DNA of 64,000 bases, taken from Fistulifera solaris. Lineage: Eukaryota. Position 1 is the first letter of the stretch, and each line of letters starts with the position of its first letter. Below, in pieces: positions 51,844 to 64,000 of the stretch. A program made the position numbers and the translations under genes. The stretch covers positions 310,001-374,000 of the forward strand of contig AP026142.1 of the NCBI GenBank assembly GCA_030295235.1, in the 5' to 3' direction. Below the pieces are notes generated by a model, which was not told the DNA's origin, searched no databases, and worked only from the letters and a program-made list of their open reading frames with translations.

Positions 51844-51956
51844 TATTAGCAAGTCATTTATTGTCGTTTAGAACACAGCTTGTAGGACGCTTTATGTGCA
51901 ATCAAGAAGGCAAATTTTATCCCGTGGCACTGCCATTGGAAGATGCATTGGTTTTC

Positions 51957-52860
51957 CTACCTTTTCTGTGGCGCTGGACCATTCTCTGAATCTTCATTAT
52001 CCCCGCAAGGGAAAATCACATTCTCGACGTGAAATCCTAAACCAAGGCGTCGAGCTACATTTGCATTCACCAAAATTGATAATCGACTCGTGCAACTATC
52101 CACCTCTTTGTCATTGAAACCAGTCAGCTGGCTGGGTGAAGGATTCCTTGTGGATGGATCAGCGAGAGGCGAACTTTTTCGCCATTCTCGTTGTTGTAAC
52201 AAGAGTCGCACAGCAAAGTCAAAAATCAACGGACCGTACTCTTTATCAAATTTGCTCGCTGTAAGTGTCTTCATTCCGAGGCGGGCCGCCAGGATATTTC
52301 GACCGCCATGACTTTGAATCGAGCATACAGTTGGCCAAAGCCTTGCAGTTTGATATCCTCCACAGATGGAAATGTGTCACCGTCATCATGGTTCTTCATA
52401 AAACGTTGCAATTCCTCCATGAGCAAAGTCAATTAGTCTGGCATTCATACAGAAGGTCGTTGGTGCTGGTCGCGATACAATGCCGTATATGCAGAGCTAG
52501 AACAATAAGAAAAGAGAGGCAAAATAACTTTGCACGCAACGAAAAGAAAGCGCGACAAACATCAAACTTCCATTTCCTTGATAATCTTTTTCATTCTAAT
52601 GTCCCATATGTTTCTTTGTATTTGAGAGTGATCGTTGCGTCGACAAAGTACTGGTAGCGTCTACCTTGACCCCTTTAAGAAATTCGGGAAGACTCTTTTA
52701 CAGCGCCTTGCCAACGTCTCTTTACAAATTTACTACCACCCAGCATCTTTACAACATTTTCCCTTCCACCATCATGAGCCGAAGAGTGTCATCAGTTATT
52801 ACTCCGCATCTGTTACATAGCGTTGTTGTCATGCAAAAATCCTTTAGCAGTTTGTCCATT
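51957..52860 (-). pseudogene. Degenerate tandem copy of the adjacent gene 52870..54200
   Basis: GGRENVVKMLGG...RWQGAVKES vs GGREAVSQLWGG...RWKEAVQAS; YRDQHQRPSV*MP vs YRENYQRPAVWMP; GPLIFDFAVRLL...NVARRLGL vs GPFSLDFAVRLL...NVARRLGL. Has stop codons, an internal deletion and no 5' targeting exon. Confidence 0.75.
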
Positions 52861-52869
52861 GTGGTGTAG

Positions 52870-54200
52870 CTAGCCCGTTCCTTGGTTTTCTATTTTCCCA
52901 CTCGCTGAGTAAAAAGCAAGGCCAAGGCGTCGAGCCACATTTTCGTATCCACCAAACTTAATAATGGATTCGTGTAGATAAAGAGCTTCCTCATCTCCCG
53001 CACTCAATTGGATGGGAGAGGGGATTCTTATGGCTGGATAAACCAGAGGTGGTTTTTTTTGCATCTCTCTTCTTCGTATAAACGTCAAAAGTCGTACCGC
53101 AAAATCTAGACTGAACGGCCCGAAATTCAAGTTCGCATAGAGATCCGACTTTTCCACCGTTTTCATTCCGAAACGCGCCGCGAGAAACTTACGGCCACCG
53201 TAGTACTGTATTAACGAATACAGCTGATCAAAACCGTTTCGTTTGACATCTTCCACGACCGGAAATGTTTCGTCCTTGCCGTATTCTTTCAAATAGCGCT
53301 GCAACTCCATCAGTAGCTCCAGTTGCCCTTCAAAGTAATACCATTCACGGAATGGTACCATTCCCGCCAAACGGGCTACCTTTTTGCCCCTCCAAAACGA
53401 TGGAACGCTTGACGAAGGTCATCTCGGCCTTCTTTGGCGAATTCACTGGGACGCGGCATCCATACGGCGGGTCGTTGATAATTCTCGCGGTAGAAGGATA
53501 CGTACGTGTATCTAAAAAATAAGAAGAGAATGGGCACTTTGAGTGGGTCACAAATAAAATCCGTCGAGTAAAAGATAGCAAAACCCGCTTACAATTCTTT
53601 GAGCAATGTTTTCGTATTCCAATATCCCTTGGGTTTTCGTCCTTCTTGATGTTTCCATTTCAATGACGACTCCTGCTGATGGATCGTGTTATTGCGACTC
53701 AAAGAGGGTGGACTTTGCATCGATAGTGTTGTGTCGGCTTCCACCAATTGACGCAATTCCGGAGACGCCTGCACTGCTTCCTTCCATCGACCAGGAATCA
53801 CCGGACTGCCACCCCATAATTGCGAAACAGCTTCTCGTCCGCCCCATTTGACCAAGGCCGCACGTATATCGTGTCGTTGATAATATCGCAACAGAACTTC
53901 GTTCGGAATGGGTGGAGGTTGGTGTGGGGGCAAGGATACGCTGTGATCGCTCCAAAAGGTGCGCAATTCCGATTGTAAATGATCAAGGTCAGACCAATAA
54001 CCATCGGGACGTCGAACAGTGGGTTTTTTGCGTTTCTGTCGAAGGCGACGTGGTTTCTTTTCTGGGAGTTCTTCGTTCAAGCCCGACAACAACGTTACAA
54101 GGGAATGGCTGACATGTTGTGATCGATGATGATCTAAAAAGGCGTCCGAGAGGAAGAACAACGAAAATAATAGCCCGGCGCGTCGTAGGCTTCGTTTCAT
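52870..54200 (-). CDS. Plastid-targeted protein with repeated 'R.P.GYW...EL' / 'DL..A..(W/F/Y)GG...VA..LG' helical units; intron 53512..53592
   Basis: Signal peptide ending SDA|F; four repeats ending in GG..V(A)..G; frameshift ~53385. Confidence 0.7.
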
Positions 54201-54970
54201 TCGAATACTAACACGAAGAATCCCCGCATTTGAGTCTCAGTATGAAGCTGCATACACAAATACTCCAAACTTGGCCATCATTGTCGGAAAACGCGAAACG
54301 CCGAAAAAAGCAAACGCAAGAGACGCAGTCGTCGAAGCAATGAGGAGTCCAGTCATGAGCTTTCAATACGAAGTAGTTTAGTCACTGTAGTTGCGTCATC
54401 TGGATGCCGGATGGTGTGACTTACTACTTTTCGAAAAAATGAGCAAAAAGAGAATGAAAATCGAAACAAAAACGTGTGCCCGATGCTCATCGATAAAAGC
54501 CACGAAGAAAGTAAATACCACTCAACTTCTCTCACCAAACTTCATTACATGTTATGAACAAGCTCACGATGACACGACAACATGGAATTCCTACACGGGA
54601 TTTATCAAATGATTCATGATTCATGATCATCCTAGCTCGTCTCTCACTCATGCGCATCGGTACCCATTCTTTAAGTAAAATTAATCGTTTCATAGTCACA
54701 CCCGTTTAACAAACGAAAATCCCTCGGAAAGGCCTACGTCACACGTCATAGTGTACACGTATGTGAATGCTCCTCTGAAGTACATAATGACTGATACTAA
54801 AGCATGGAAACGCCAGCCCGCCACCTCAAAAATTGGAAGCGATCTTTTTCATCGTCTTCGCACCAAAAACAAAGCCATCATCATCCACTCGTCGGCGTTG
54901 TCGTCATTCAACATCGTCTCGTTCGACAACCATAATTTGTTATCCGTTGCTTGCAAATCATTTATTTTGA

Positions 54971-56550
<1,580 letters not shown>

Positions 56551-56680
56551 ACTAGTTTATTTTTAGCTTGAAAGTCCAATTTGCAATCTGCAAGCTTGGT
56601 ATGAGATCTATGTCATAGTAAGGTTTTATCATCAATCATCATTAAACTGTTCATGAAACTAAGATGTCTAGGGGTCTCAA

Positions 56681-56880
56681 GGCCATTTCCAACCGGAAGT
56701 TTCGTATTTTCGTATTTTCGTATTTTGTGTTCGTATCTAAGGTTTTACGGAGAAAATGACAGACGAGACCTTCTCCATTTTTCATTTTTCTCCCGTTTGG
56801 GCAAATTGGGAAAGTGTGGGACCGCGCGAAATACGAAAATACGAAATAATACCATACGAAACGTCCGGTTAGAAATGGCC
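56681..56880. mobile_element. MITE-like non-autonomous element, 200 bp, with ~27-bp terminal inverted repeats
   Basis: Left end GGCCATTTCCAACCGGAAGTTTCGTAT; reverse complement of right end GGCCATTTCTAACCGGACGTTTCGTAT; subterminal TTTCGTA(T) repeats. No clear TSD. Confidence 0.75.
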
Positions 56881-56968
56881 CGCAGATGCCGACTGCAAAC
56901 TAAATTTTTGCTGTAAGGTTGTATGCTTACACACAGTTCCTGTAGTAAGCAGTTCGACGAAATAGACT

Positions 56969-58905
56969 ATGATTTTGAACCAAACGCGGACGGTTGCTCG
57001 AAAGACGCAACACCGCGTGATCTCTCATTATCTTCAAGATGTATGGCGAACGGGGAGTTGGTCACCCACGAATCCTCTATTGAAGTGGCTGGAAGACAAT
57101 CATGCGCTTCCCTCGTCCGCCATGCAACCTTACCATGTATCTTCCGCACTGGCTCATATTCAACAAGAAGCGGCGGTCATGGATCCGTCTCAATTGCACC
57201 AAGTCGATGCCGTGCAAGGAAAGTTCGATGCACTGCAACAAATTGCGTCTTTGTTTTGGTTGACATCGTCGAATCCAAAATGGCGAGAAGCTCTGGAAAC
57301 TATACATAAGAATCGTATATTTTCAAAAGAACAGGAGCAAGTCATTTACACGTCTTTCCAGAAACTCACAACTGACGAGGAAGAAGAAGAAGAACATCGG
57401 GCCGTGCATCGATGGGTTCGAGAGTATGAGCAACGGACGGGGGAGCATCTTTCCCATCGCGAGGAATATCAAATGCTGTGCGAGGCATTAGAGGAATTGG
57501 AAGCGAAATTTCAGGCAGCACCGAAAACGCTCACACCGGCACAAAGCCAGCAAACGATGGGGGACATGTACAATTATTTGGGCATCCAAGGAAGACTCGC
57601 CGAATTACTGGGGTACCAGCATTACGCCGAGCGAATATTCGAGAATCGCATGGCGAATATAGAACAAGTACACAAACTCCATGAACAGGTGGCTGCAGCG
57701 GTTTTGCCGATTGTGACGAAAGGACTGACCCAGTATGCCGCATTAGATGATTACTTGTCTAGCACAAAGAAACACCCAGCCCATGAAGATGACCCGTTAC
57801 GGAAGGACAAGGCGATTATGCTTCGTCTGGAACATCATGTGACTCTCGAGGGTACGTTGGAATTCATCAAAAGTTGTCCTCGGAACTCTTTGGCTTTTCA
57901 CTTGTGGAGGAAGAACTGGTAGCGGGAGCAACATGGGACAAGGATGTGCGATTGTTTCATGTAATGGATGATCAACGAAAATTTGGTTCGTTTTTGTTCG
58001 ATCCGTACGATCGAAGCGGGAAAAGCAGTCAGCCTTTTACGGCGTCCCTCATCAATCGTAGTGTCGACCGCCTTCCACTCGCGGTCTTGAGCATGGCACT
58101 GGAACCCCCCGCATGGGATACCGAATCGACTCCCATGACCTGGCAACACGTCGAAACACTCTTACACGAAATGGCTCATGTCTATCACCTCTTGTCGGCC
58201 CAGTCAGTGATGGGAACCTTGTTGGATGCACAGCATCTGACTTTGGACCTTTCGGAATTATTGCCCAAAGTAAGTACAGCAGCAAGGTTAAAATAAATAC
58301 ATTGTGAGAACTCATACACCGCTCACTGAATTCATCGCCAGTACATGGAACATTGGATGACAGAACCATCGACAATTTACACACTCCTGATGCTGTCCAA
58401 ACCCAGTCAGGAAATCGGCTTTGAGAATGAAGAAGAGATGAAGGAAGCAATTGAGGCTGCCATTCGCGTCCGTAGTAACGACAAGGCGTTCCAATTGGCG
58501 CAGCTATGTTTCTTTGGGGAGCTTGAACTATCTTTATTTTCATCCTTTGACATTCGTGGCGATGAGTTGCTAATTCACTTTCAAAATAGATTGGCCGAAA
58601 AGTGGAGTCCGCACGATTTACCCGACAAGAGAGATATCACTCCGTTGTTGAGAATCTTTCGTGAAAACGCCGATGGCCGTCCGGTTGCCTGGTACCGATA
58701 TTTGTGGTGTGATGCGTTGAGTGCATCCGTATTTCAGCGAAGTAAGGACATTTACGCCTCCAAGGAAGATGGCAATCCTTTGCGGGAAATGATGCGAAAG
58801 ACTATTTTAGAGCCAGGGATAATGATAGAGCCGGCAGAAGTACTTAGTGTGTTTGGAATCGATGAAGTTTCTCCGGATGCTCTGCTAAAGCTTTACAATT
58901 TATAG
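56969..58905 (+). CDS. M3 family metallopeptidase (oligopeptidase A/MIP-like), divergent; intron 58270..58341
   Basis: LAELLGYQHYAE, WDKDVRLF, FDPYDRSGK, VETLLHEMAH (HExxH), YMEHW, YRYLW; frameshift ~57870. Confidence 0.85.
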
Positions 58906-59208
58906 CTCTTGAAACTCATTTATACGAAAATTTTAGCAAATACCAAAATATTTCATGACAACACTTCAAACACAATGTACAATAGCAACGCACAAGTATT
59001 TTTTACTCCGTAGCTAGGATGACCTATGCACTTGTGCGCTATGCGACACCTCACATTACAGCATCCGATACTTGTATGACATGACGTGTTTTAGAGCGAA
59101 GAGAAAGATTTTTTGTTTCTTTTGACCTCAAACTAATTCACTATTTATCATCTCTTTGCTGACAAAACAAGCTTGTTTGAACCAAATGGAAGCACGTGAA
59201 ACGAAATC

Positions 59209-60806
59209 ATGAATAAGTCGTCGACAGATCCTCTCGAAAAGTGTACCGAAACCCCAACAATACAGGTCGGTAACGCATCGCCTTTCCGTCGAAGCCGATC
59301 TTGCGAGGATGCTACCAACGAAGCACAAGAACTATTTGGACGAGCGATCGGACTATGTTACGGATCCTTTTCTTGCTCTCATAGCAGAATACGTGGTCGC
59401 TTATATGTTTCATCTCGAGCCTTACTTTTCTACAGCAGCCTCTTAGGATTCGAAACGCGAATCTCTCTCGATTTTCATGACGTTCTAGAAATAGAGTTGT
59501 TTCGGACGACGAGTATTAGTGTACGAACATTTGAAGGAGAAACGTATGTGTTCAAGTCGTTTGAGGACCGGAACGCAGCCTTGCAGTTACTCGAAACACA
59601 CGCACAATTAACTTCTTTATCAACACTTGACAACAGCTCGATTGCGAGCAGCGTTACGAATGTTCCCATGCTCGGAAAGCCAAGACATCGCAGTGCTTCC
59701 TCTTTTTCGTCCACAAACTATGATGATTCTTTGCATTACCACCAGGATCCACTCACAGGTTCTCCATATACTGGCAATCGCAGAAGAAGCGTCTCAGATT
59801 TTATTGTGCAGGGACAAGAAGTAATAGCTTGTCTTGACGAGAACTCAGTGCCATTGTCACATTCCGTATCGTCACCCAAGCCATTTGATCCAGCAGCCGG
59901 TTTGTGCGAGATCTCGCCTGAAAAAATAACAGAAACAGAAACCTGGCAAAACTGCACCATTTCAAGAAATCGCAGTCACGGTAAGGGTTCATCAATTTAG
60001 GTCATTTCCGTGCTTTCTCGTTGCACTCAAATCATGACTCTGTTCGTTTCGGTTCTTAGTCTTTAAATCTTCCATGTCCACTGGACCTATTTTTTGAAAC
60101 GTTCATCGCAGATCATGCGGAACATTCGTTGACTCGATATCAGTCTGAATACCTTCAAGACCGTGACGTAAAAGCTACGGTGTGGGAAGTATCCGAAGAG
60201 AGTAGCTTCATGACGCGGAGCATAACTTTTACACATCCCGTCAAGGCTATGGCCATGGGTCTTGGACCATCGGAAGCCCGAACGAAACGACATCAACGTC
60301 TATGGCGATTTGACCAAGGAATGTTGCTCGAAAACACAACCTATATTGAAGGTATTCCGCATGCCGACACCTTTTGCATTTGTGATCGCTGGTTGATTGC
60401 CCAGAGCACTTCCACGAGCGTACAACTATCATCGTCATTTGAGATACAATTTACCAAGCGGTCGCTTTTTCGTAGCCTCATTGAGAAATCAGTCAAAAGG
60501 GAAACGTTGGAATGGTGGACTGGTTACACCAAGATGATCCAAGACGTCTTGTCCCAAGGAGCACTGGAGCCACTCATACCAAGCGACGCCATGCTATGGA
60601 AAGAATCATCCCTAATTTTGGAACGACTCGACCGACAGTACGTATGGACGATCCGTCTTTTTCCTTTTTGTTATTTTTTTGTTATTCTGTATCCTGTTAC
60701 TACTAGTCTCGCTCATTACAGTTTTCGCAAACGAGATCGAGCTTCTGCGCGCTGCACTCGAACACAAAAGATGATTTCGCCAAATTGTTTGATTGAGGAA
60801 TTGTAA
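59209..60806 (+). CDS. GRAM + VASt + TM protein (second LAM/GRAMD1-like gene); intron ~59981..60059
   Basis: FSC...GRLYVS...LFYSSLLG GRAM motif; FTHPV, GIPHADTF, F.I.FTKRSLFRSLIEK VASt motifs; several frameshifts. Confidence 0.82.
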
Positions 60807-61071
60807 GCTAGCTACCACGTAACGAATAAACAAAACCTTTTTGTTCCCATCGCTCTAACTCAAACGTGCAACGGCGTGACTATAGTGCGGGAAGCAGCGA
60901 TACGGCATTCAACTTTCGACGGTTATTCCCGATCAAAACGATGACCATGACGGCGCACAAAAAATCTCAACCGACGTAATTTATTTCATTTTTTAAAATA
61001 CTCTAACATCATTATTGAAAGAGTCAGCTCTACAAAGTCAGACTTTTTTTCTTTTTTGGGAAAATGAAAAG

Positions 61072-62202
61072 ATGACTAGCTACAGAAGGCAATGTGTTGT
61101 AGCAATTGCCTGTTTAATAGTGATCCTGATGCGATGGGAAACAAGTCATTTACCATCCTTCTGGATGGAAGCAACGGAGACAACCGTCTCTCACGATTGC
61201 GTATCCGCTCTGTCCGATAGTCGACCACGGAATCTTCGACTGGTGTTGATGGGAGACAGTTTAACTCGTTATCAATACTTATCATTGGCGTATTTTCTAC
61301 GACACGGTCGTTGGTGGGAAAGTCCTCACGATGTTCCCAACAATTTGTTCAATGCGCATTCCTTTCGTCATCCCGCACATCCCTCCGAAGACTGGAATGA
61401 ATTTTTCTTGCAATCGAATCGCATGTTGTATCCGATGGAGGCCTGCGATTGTGTCCGGAGCATGGACGGAGAAACGGTCTGTGAACGACGCTACTTTCAT
61501 GACCGGGAACGCAACAACACCCTCGTGTACATTAATATGAATGGCAATGCAACACACGGTAGCTGGGGGTATTATGGTAACTTTCCAGCCGAAGATATTT
61601 TTGCCAATTTTGAGCACATGGTGGAAACGCCCGTAGGGTTTCGTCTGCCGTCCGAATTGACCAAATCAGTAACGGATACGATGGAAAGTCGCTTTGCGTG
61701 GGAATATGCTACATGGGGAGATATGTTGAGATATCATGTAGCTAATCTAGGTTTGGGGAAGGATGTGGCGGTCGTTCTAAATGCCGGCCTTCATCCGCTT
61801 AACTTTGGTGGGAACGATACTGAGTCATCGGCCCTGCGTTCGGACTTGGTGGATGCTTTGCAAACCATTCAAATGATAGGAATATGGAAGACGACCAGTT
61901 ACACTCTTCATGAGATACGGAAGAGCCATCATGACTCATCAATTCCTTCTTCCAGTGACTCGGATAGGAGAATGTGTGAATTGATTGGACGGTGTCTCAA
62001 TTTAAGTTGGACGATGCAGCTCCGGACGGAACTCTACTTCGACCATTTGCACTTTTTCGAACCTGTTTACCGAGTTCTTAACGAAGATCTTCTCAGAATG
62101 CTAGGAGCTATCAAAGAGAATTATCAAACCTTGGACCGATCCATTCTTCTCCGTTCTTCAAAAGGCAAGCCACGACAAACGCCGCGGGACTCGAAACGCT
62201 GA
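61072..62202 (+). CDS. Type II membrane SGNH/PC-esterase (TBL-like) protein
   Basis: N-terminal TM anchor; 'LVLMGDSLTRYQY' GDS motif, 'VLNAGLH', 'WKTT', 'FDHLHF' (DxxH). Confidence 0.7.
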   Translation: MTSYRRQCVVAIACLIVILMRWETSHLPSFWMEATETTVSHDCVSALSDSRPRNLRLVLMGDSLTRYQYLSLAYFLRHGRWWESPHDVPNNLFNAHSFRHPAHPSEDWNEFFLQSNRMLYPMEACDCVRSMDGETVCERRYFHDRERNNTLVYINMNGNATHGSWGYYGNFPAEDIFANFEHMVETPVGFRLPSELTKSVTDTMESRFAWEYATWGDMLRYHVANLGLGKDVAVVLNAGLHPLNFGGNDTESSALRSDLVDALQTIQMIGIWKTTSYTLHEIRKSHHDSSIPSSSDSDRRMCELIGRCLNLSWTMQLRTELYFDHLHFFEPVYRVLNEDLLRMLGAIKENYQTLDRSILLRSSKGKPRQTPRDSKR

Positions 62203-62208
62203 ATAAGA

Positions 62209-64000
62209 TCACAATTCATTCAACGAATTCCACCGCGCGACCATGCTTTTGATAGCCTCGCCTTTCACGACCAGTCTACCGTAGTTGCTACTATCGACTT
62301 CTGAAGCAATGCCATATTCTCGCATTAGGACTTGTTCCGCTGCGTCCCGCAAAACTGGTTGCTCGTCGCCACTTCGTAGACCTTTTCCAACAACAATTAC
62401 GAGATCATGGAACTCATCGTTTGGAGATTTACGGCGCAACTGCTCTAGATGGTTGCGTACAGCTGCGCGAGCCATTGCAGCAGAAAAGCTGTGCAGATCC
62501 ATAGCCCGCATATAATTGCCATTATCGTCCCTTGTATTCCGCCAAGGTTTGATTACGTCCTTTCGCATTGCATCGCGAAGAGGCTAAGAGCCATATCCTT
62601 TTGCCCTGCATTTTCGAGCGCAAGAATAAGGCTACCATAGCTCACCACGTTGGGTGATAGGCCTTTTCCACTCATTTGCTTCATTCGTTCGAATAGATCT
62701 AGGGCTTCGACCCACGCACCGCCTTTTTTCGCAAGCTGCGAGTGCAGCATTGAAACAATACAAATTGAGGCTGTCGTCGTGGGAGTCTTGTATTGCCGTT
62801 TGAAGAATACTGAGGGCTCTCTGCCATTGCCCGGCAGCCTCACAGGCACTTATGGCTGAAGAATAAGTGGGCATATCTGGCTTAAGGCCGTCTTCTTTCA
62901 TACGCCGGAGAAGTGACAAGGCGCACTCCCACCACTGAAACCCCTGAGGCTCATTATTGCTCCTAGTACTTCCAGACTTCACTGCGACCCTTCGGGCTTC
63001 ATGTTCCGCTTGATTACAACCAATCATAGCTTTTCTGTAAGATAGTAAGTCAGGCTTGTACATGTCGTTCAATACCTCTAGAGCGATGTCTGTTCTTCCA
63101 TTTCTCCCGCAAGCTGATATCAATGAGTTGAGTGCCACGTTCGGTGTCTTCCAATCTCCGTAAAGGCGAAAGAGGACGAGCGCCTCTTCCCACTTGTTTG
63201 CTTTAGAGCAAGCTATCATGGCATATCCCAACGATACGGGATCGATGTAAGATGGTGCTTGTCCCACCACCGTATCACTGGAATGAATGATCGCCACGGC
63301 CTCTGACCAATAGTCAGGGTTTACACTGAGAGCACACGTAATAGCACGCAAACACCCCACATCGCACGGGATCTGAATTTTATTGAATATATTCAGCGAA
63401 TCCTGGATCCGCCCAAGATTTGCGTACGTTTCTATAGCAAAAATAAGAATAGGACCAAGTGACTGCGAATCGAGCTCGTCTCCGGGACAAGAACTTATGA
63501 CCTTTTCGATGCTTTTTTATTCGAGTATCTGCCTCACCCGTTTTGCGCAAAGTAGATGCCAATAAGGCTGACGTTGGACGATTTGTCTCCAAACCATCGC
63601 TCAGAGCTGCGAAATACAAGTCTAAAGCAGCGTCAGCATCGCCTTTGCGCGCATACGCTGTTATGAGGCCGTTATAGGTGATTAAGCTCGGTAGAATTCC
63701 CTTTTCTTTCATTTCTCGAAAAAGTCTCGTAACACATCGGACATTTTCAGCCTCGGCGGCAACCCATATCGCAGCCGTGTACATTTGCAGATCCGGTGGG
63801 ACACCATTGTCTTTTGCATGTTTCAAAAAATAAAGAGCACTATCGACGCTTTTGCATTTTCTACAAACCGAAATGGCCCGAGTATAGGACACTTTGCTCG
63901 GTGGAATAGCTCCTTTGCGATGTCTTCGAGATAAATTCATTTCGCGGATTAACTTCTTTGCTTCATCGGCATCTGGACAGGCTGTAAGAAGTACGTTGTA
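62209..64000 (-). CDS. Pentatricopeptide-repeat protein with C-terminal Smr domain (5' end outside window)
   Basis: PPR units (SYTRAISVC, TYNGLITAY, TYSSAISACEAAGQWQRAL); Smr 'MDLHSFS...LVIVVGKGLRS...N.GRL'; several frameshifts. Confidence 0.9.

Overview
Gene-dense eukaryotic nuclear DNA, most likely from a raphid pennate diatom. This is inferred from short GT-AG introns, bipartite plastid-targeting N-termini, a diatom-type myosin and an enolase with a mitochondrial presequence. There are about 29 protein-coding genes. Many have single-base frameshifts, often in homopolymers, which suggests an unpolished long-read assembly, so the ORF track splits true genes. Recognisable genes: PI4-kinase with a PH insert, PP2A scaffold A, myosin, dual-specificity phosphatase, ATG1, UNC-93-like MFS, GST, EXO1-like nuclease, RPL21, RMT2, two GRAM/VASt proteins, a 2OG-Fe(II) oxygenase, a WRN-like exonuclease, enolase, an M3 peptidase, a GDS/DxxH esterase-like protein and a PPR-Smr protein. 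Highlights: (1) two paralogous large membrane proteins with an apparent MLO (7TM) + voltage-sensor-like 4TM + PH-like architecture; (2) an intronic C/D snoRNA of the snR38/SNORD1 type, and a second orphan intronic C/D candidate; (3) a 200-bp MITE-like element; (4) a tail-to-tail pair of KIX-like/Cys-motif paralogs; (5) a decayed tandem copy of a plastid-targeted repeat protein; (6) a ricin-like + chalcone-isomerase-fold fusion. All family calls come from motif recognition by eye, not from database searches.
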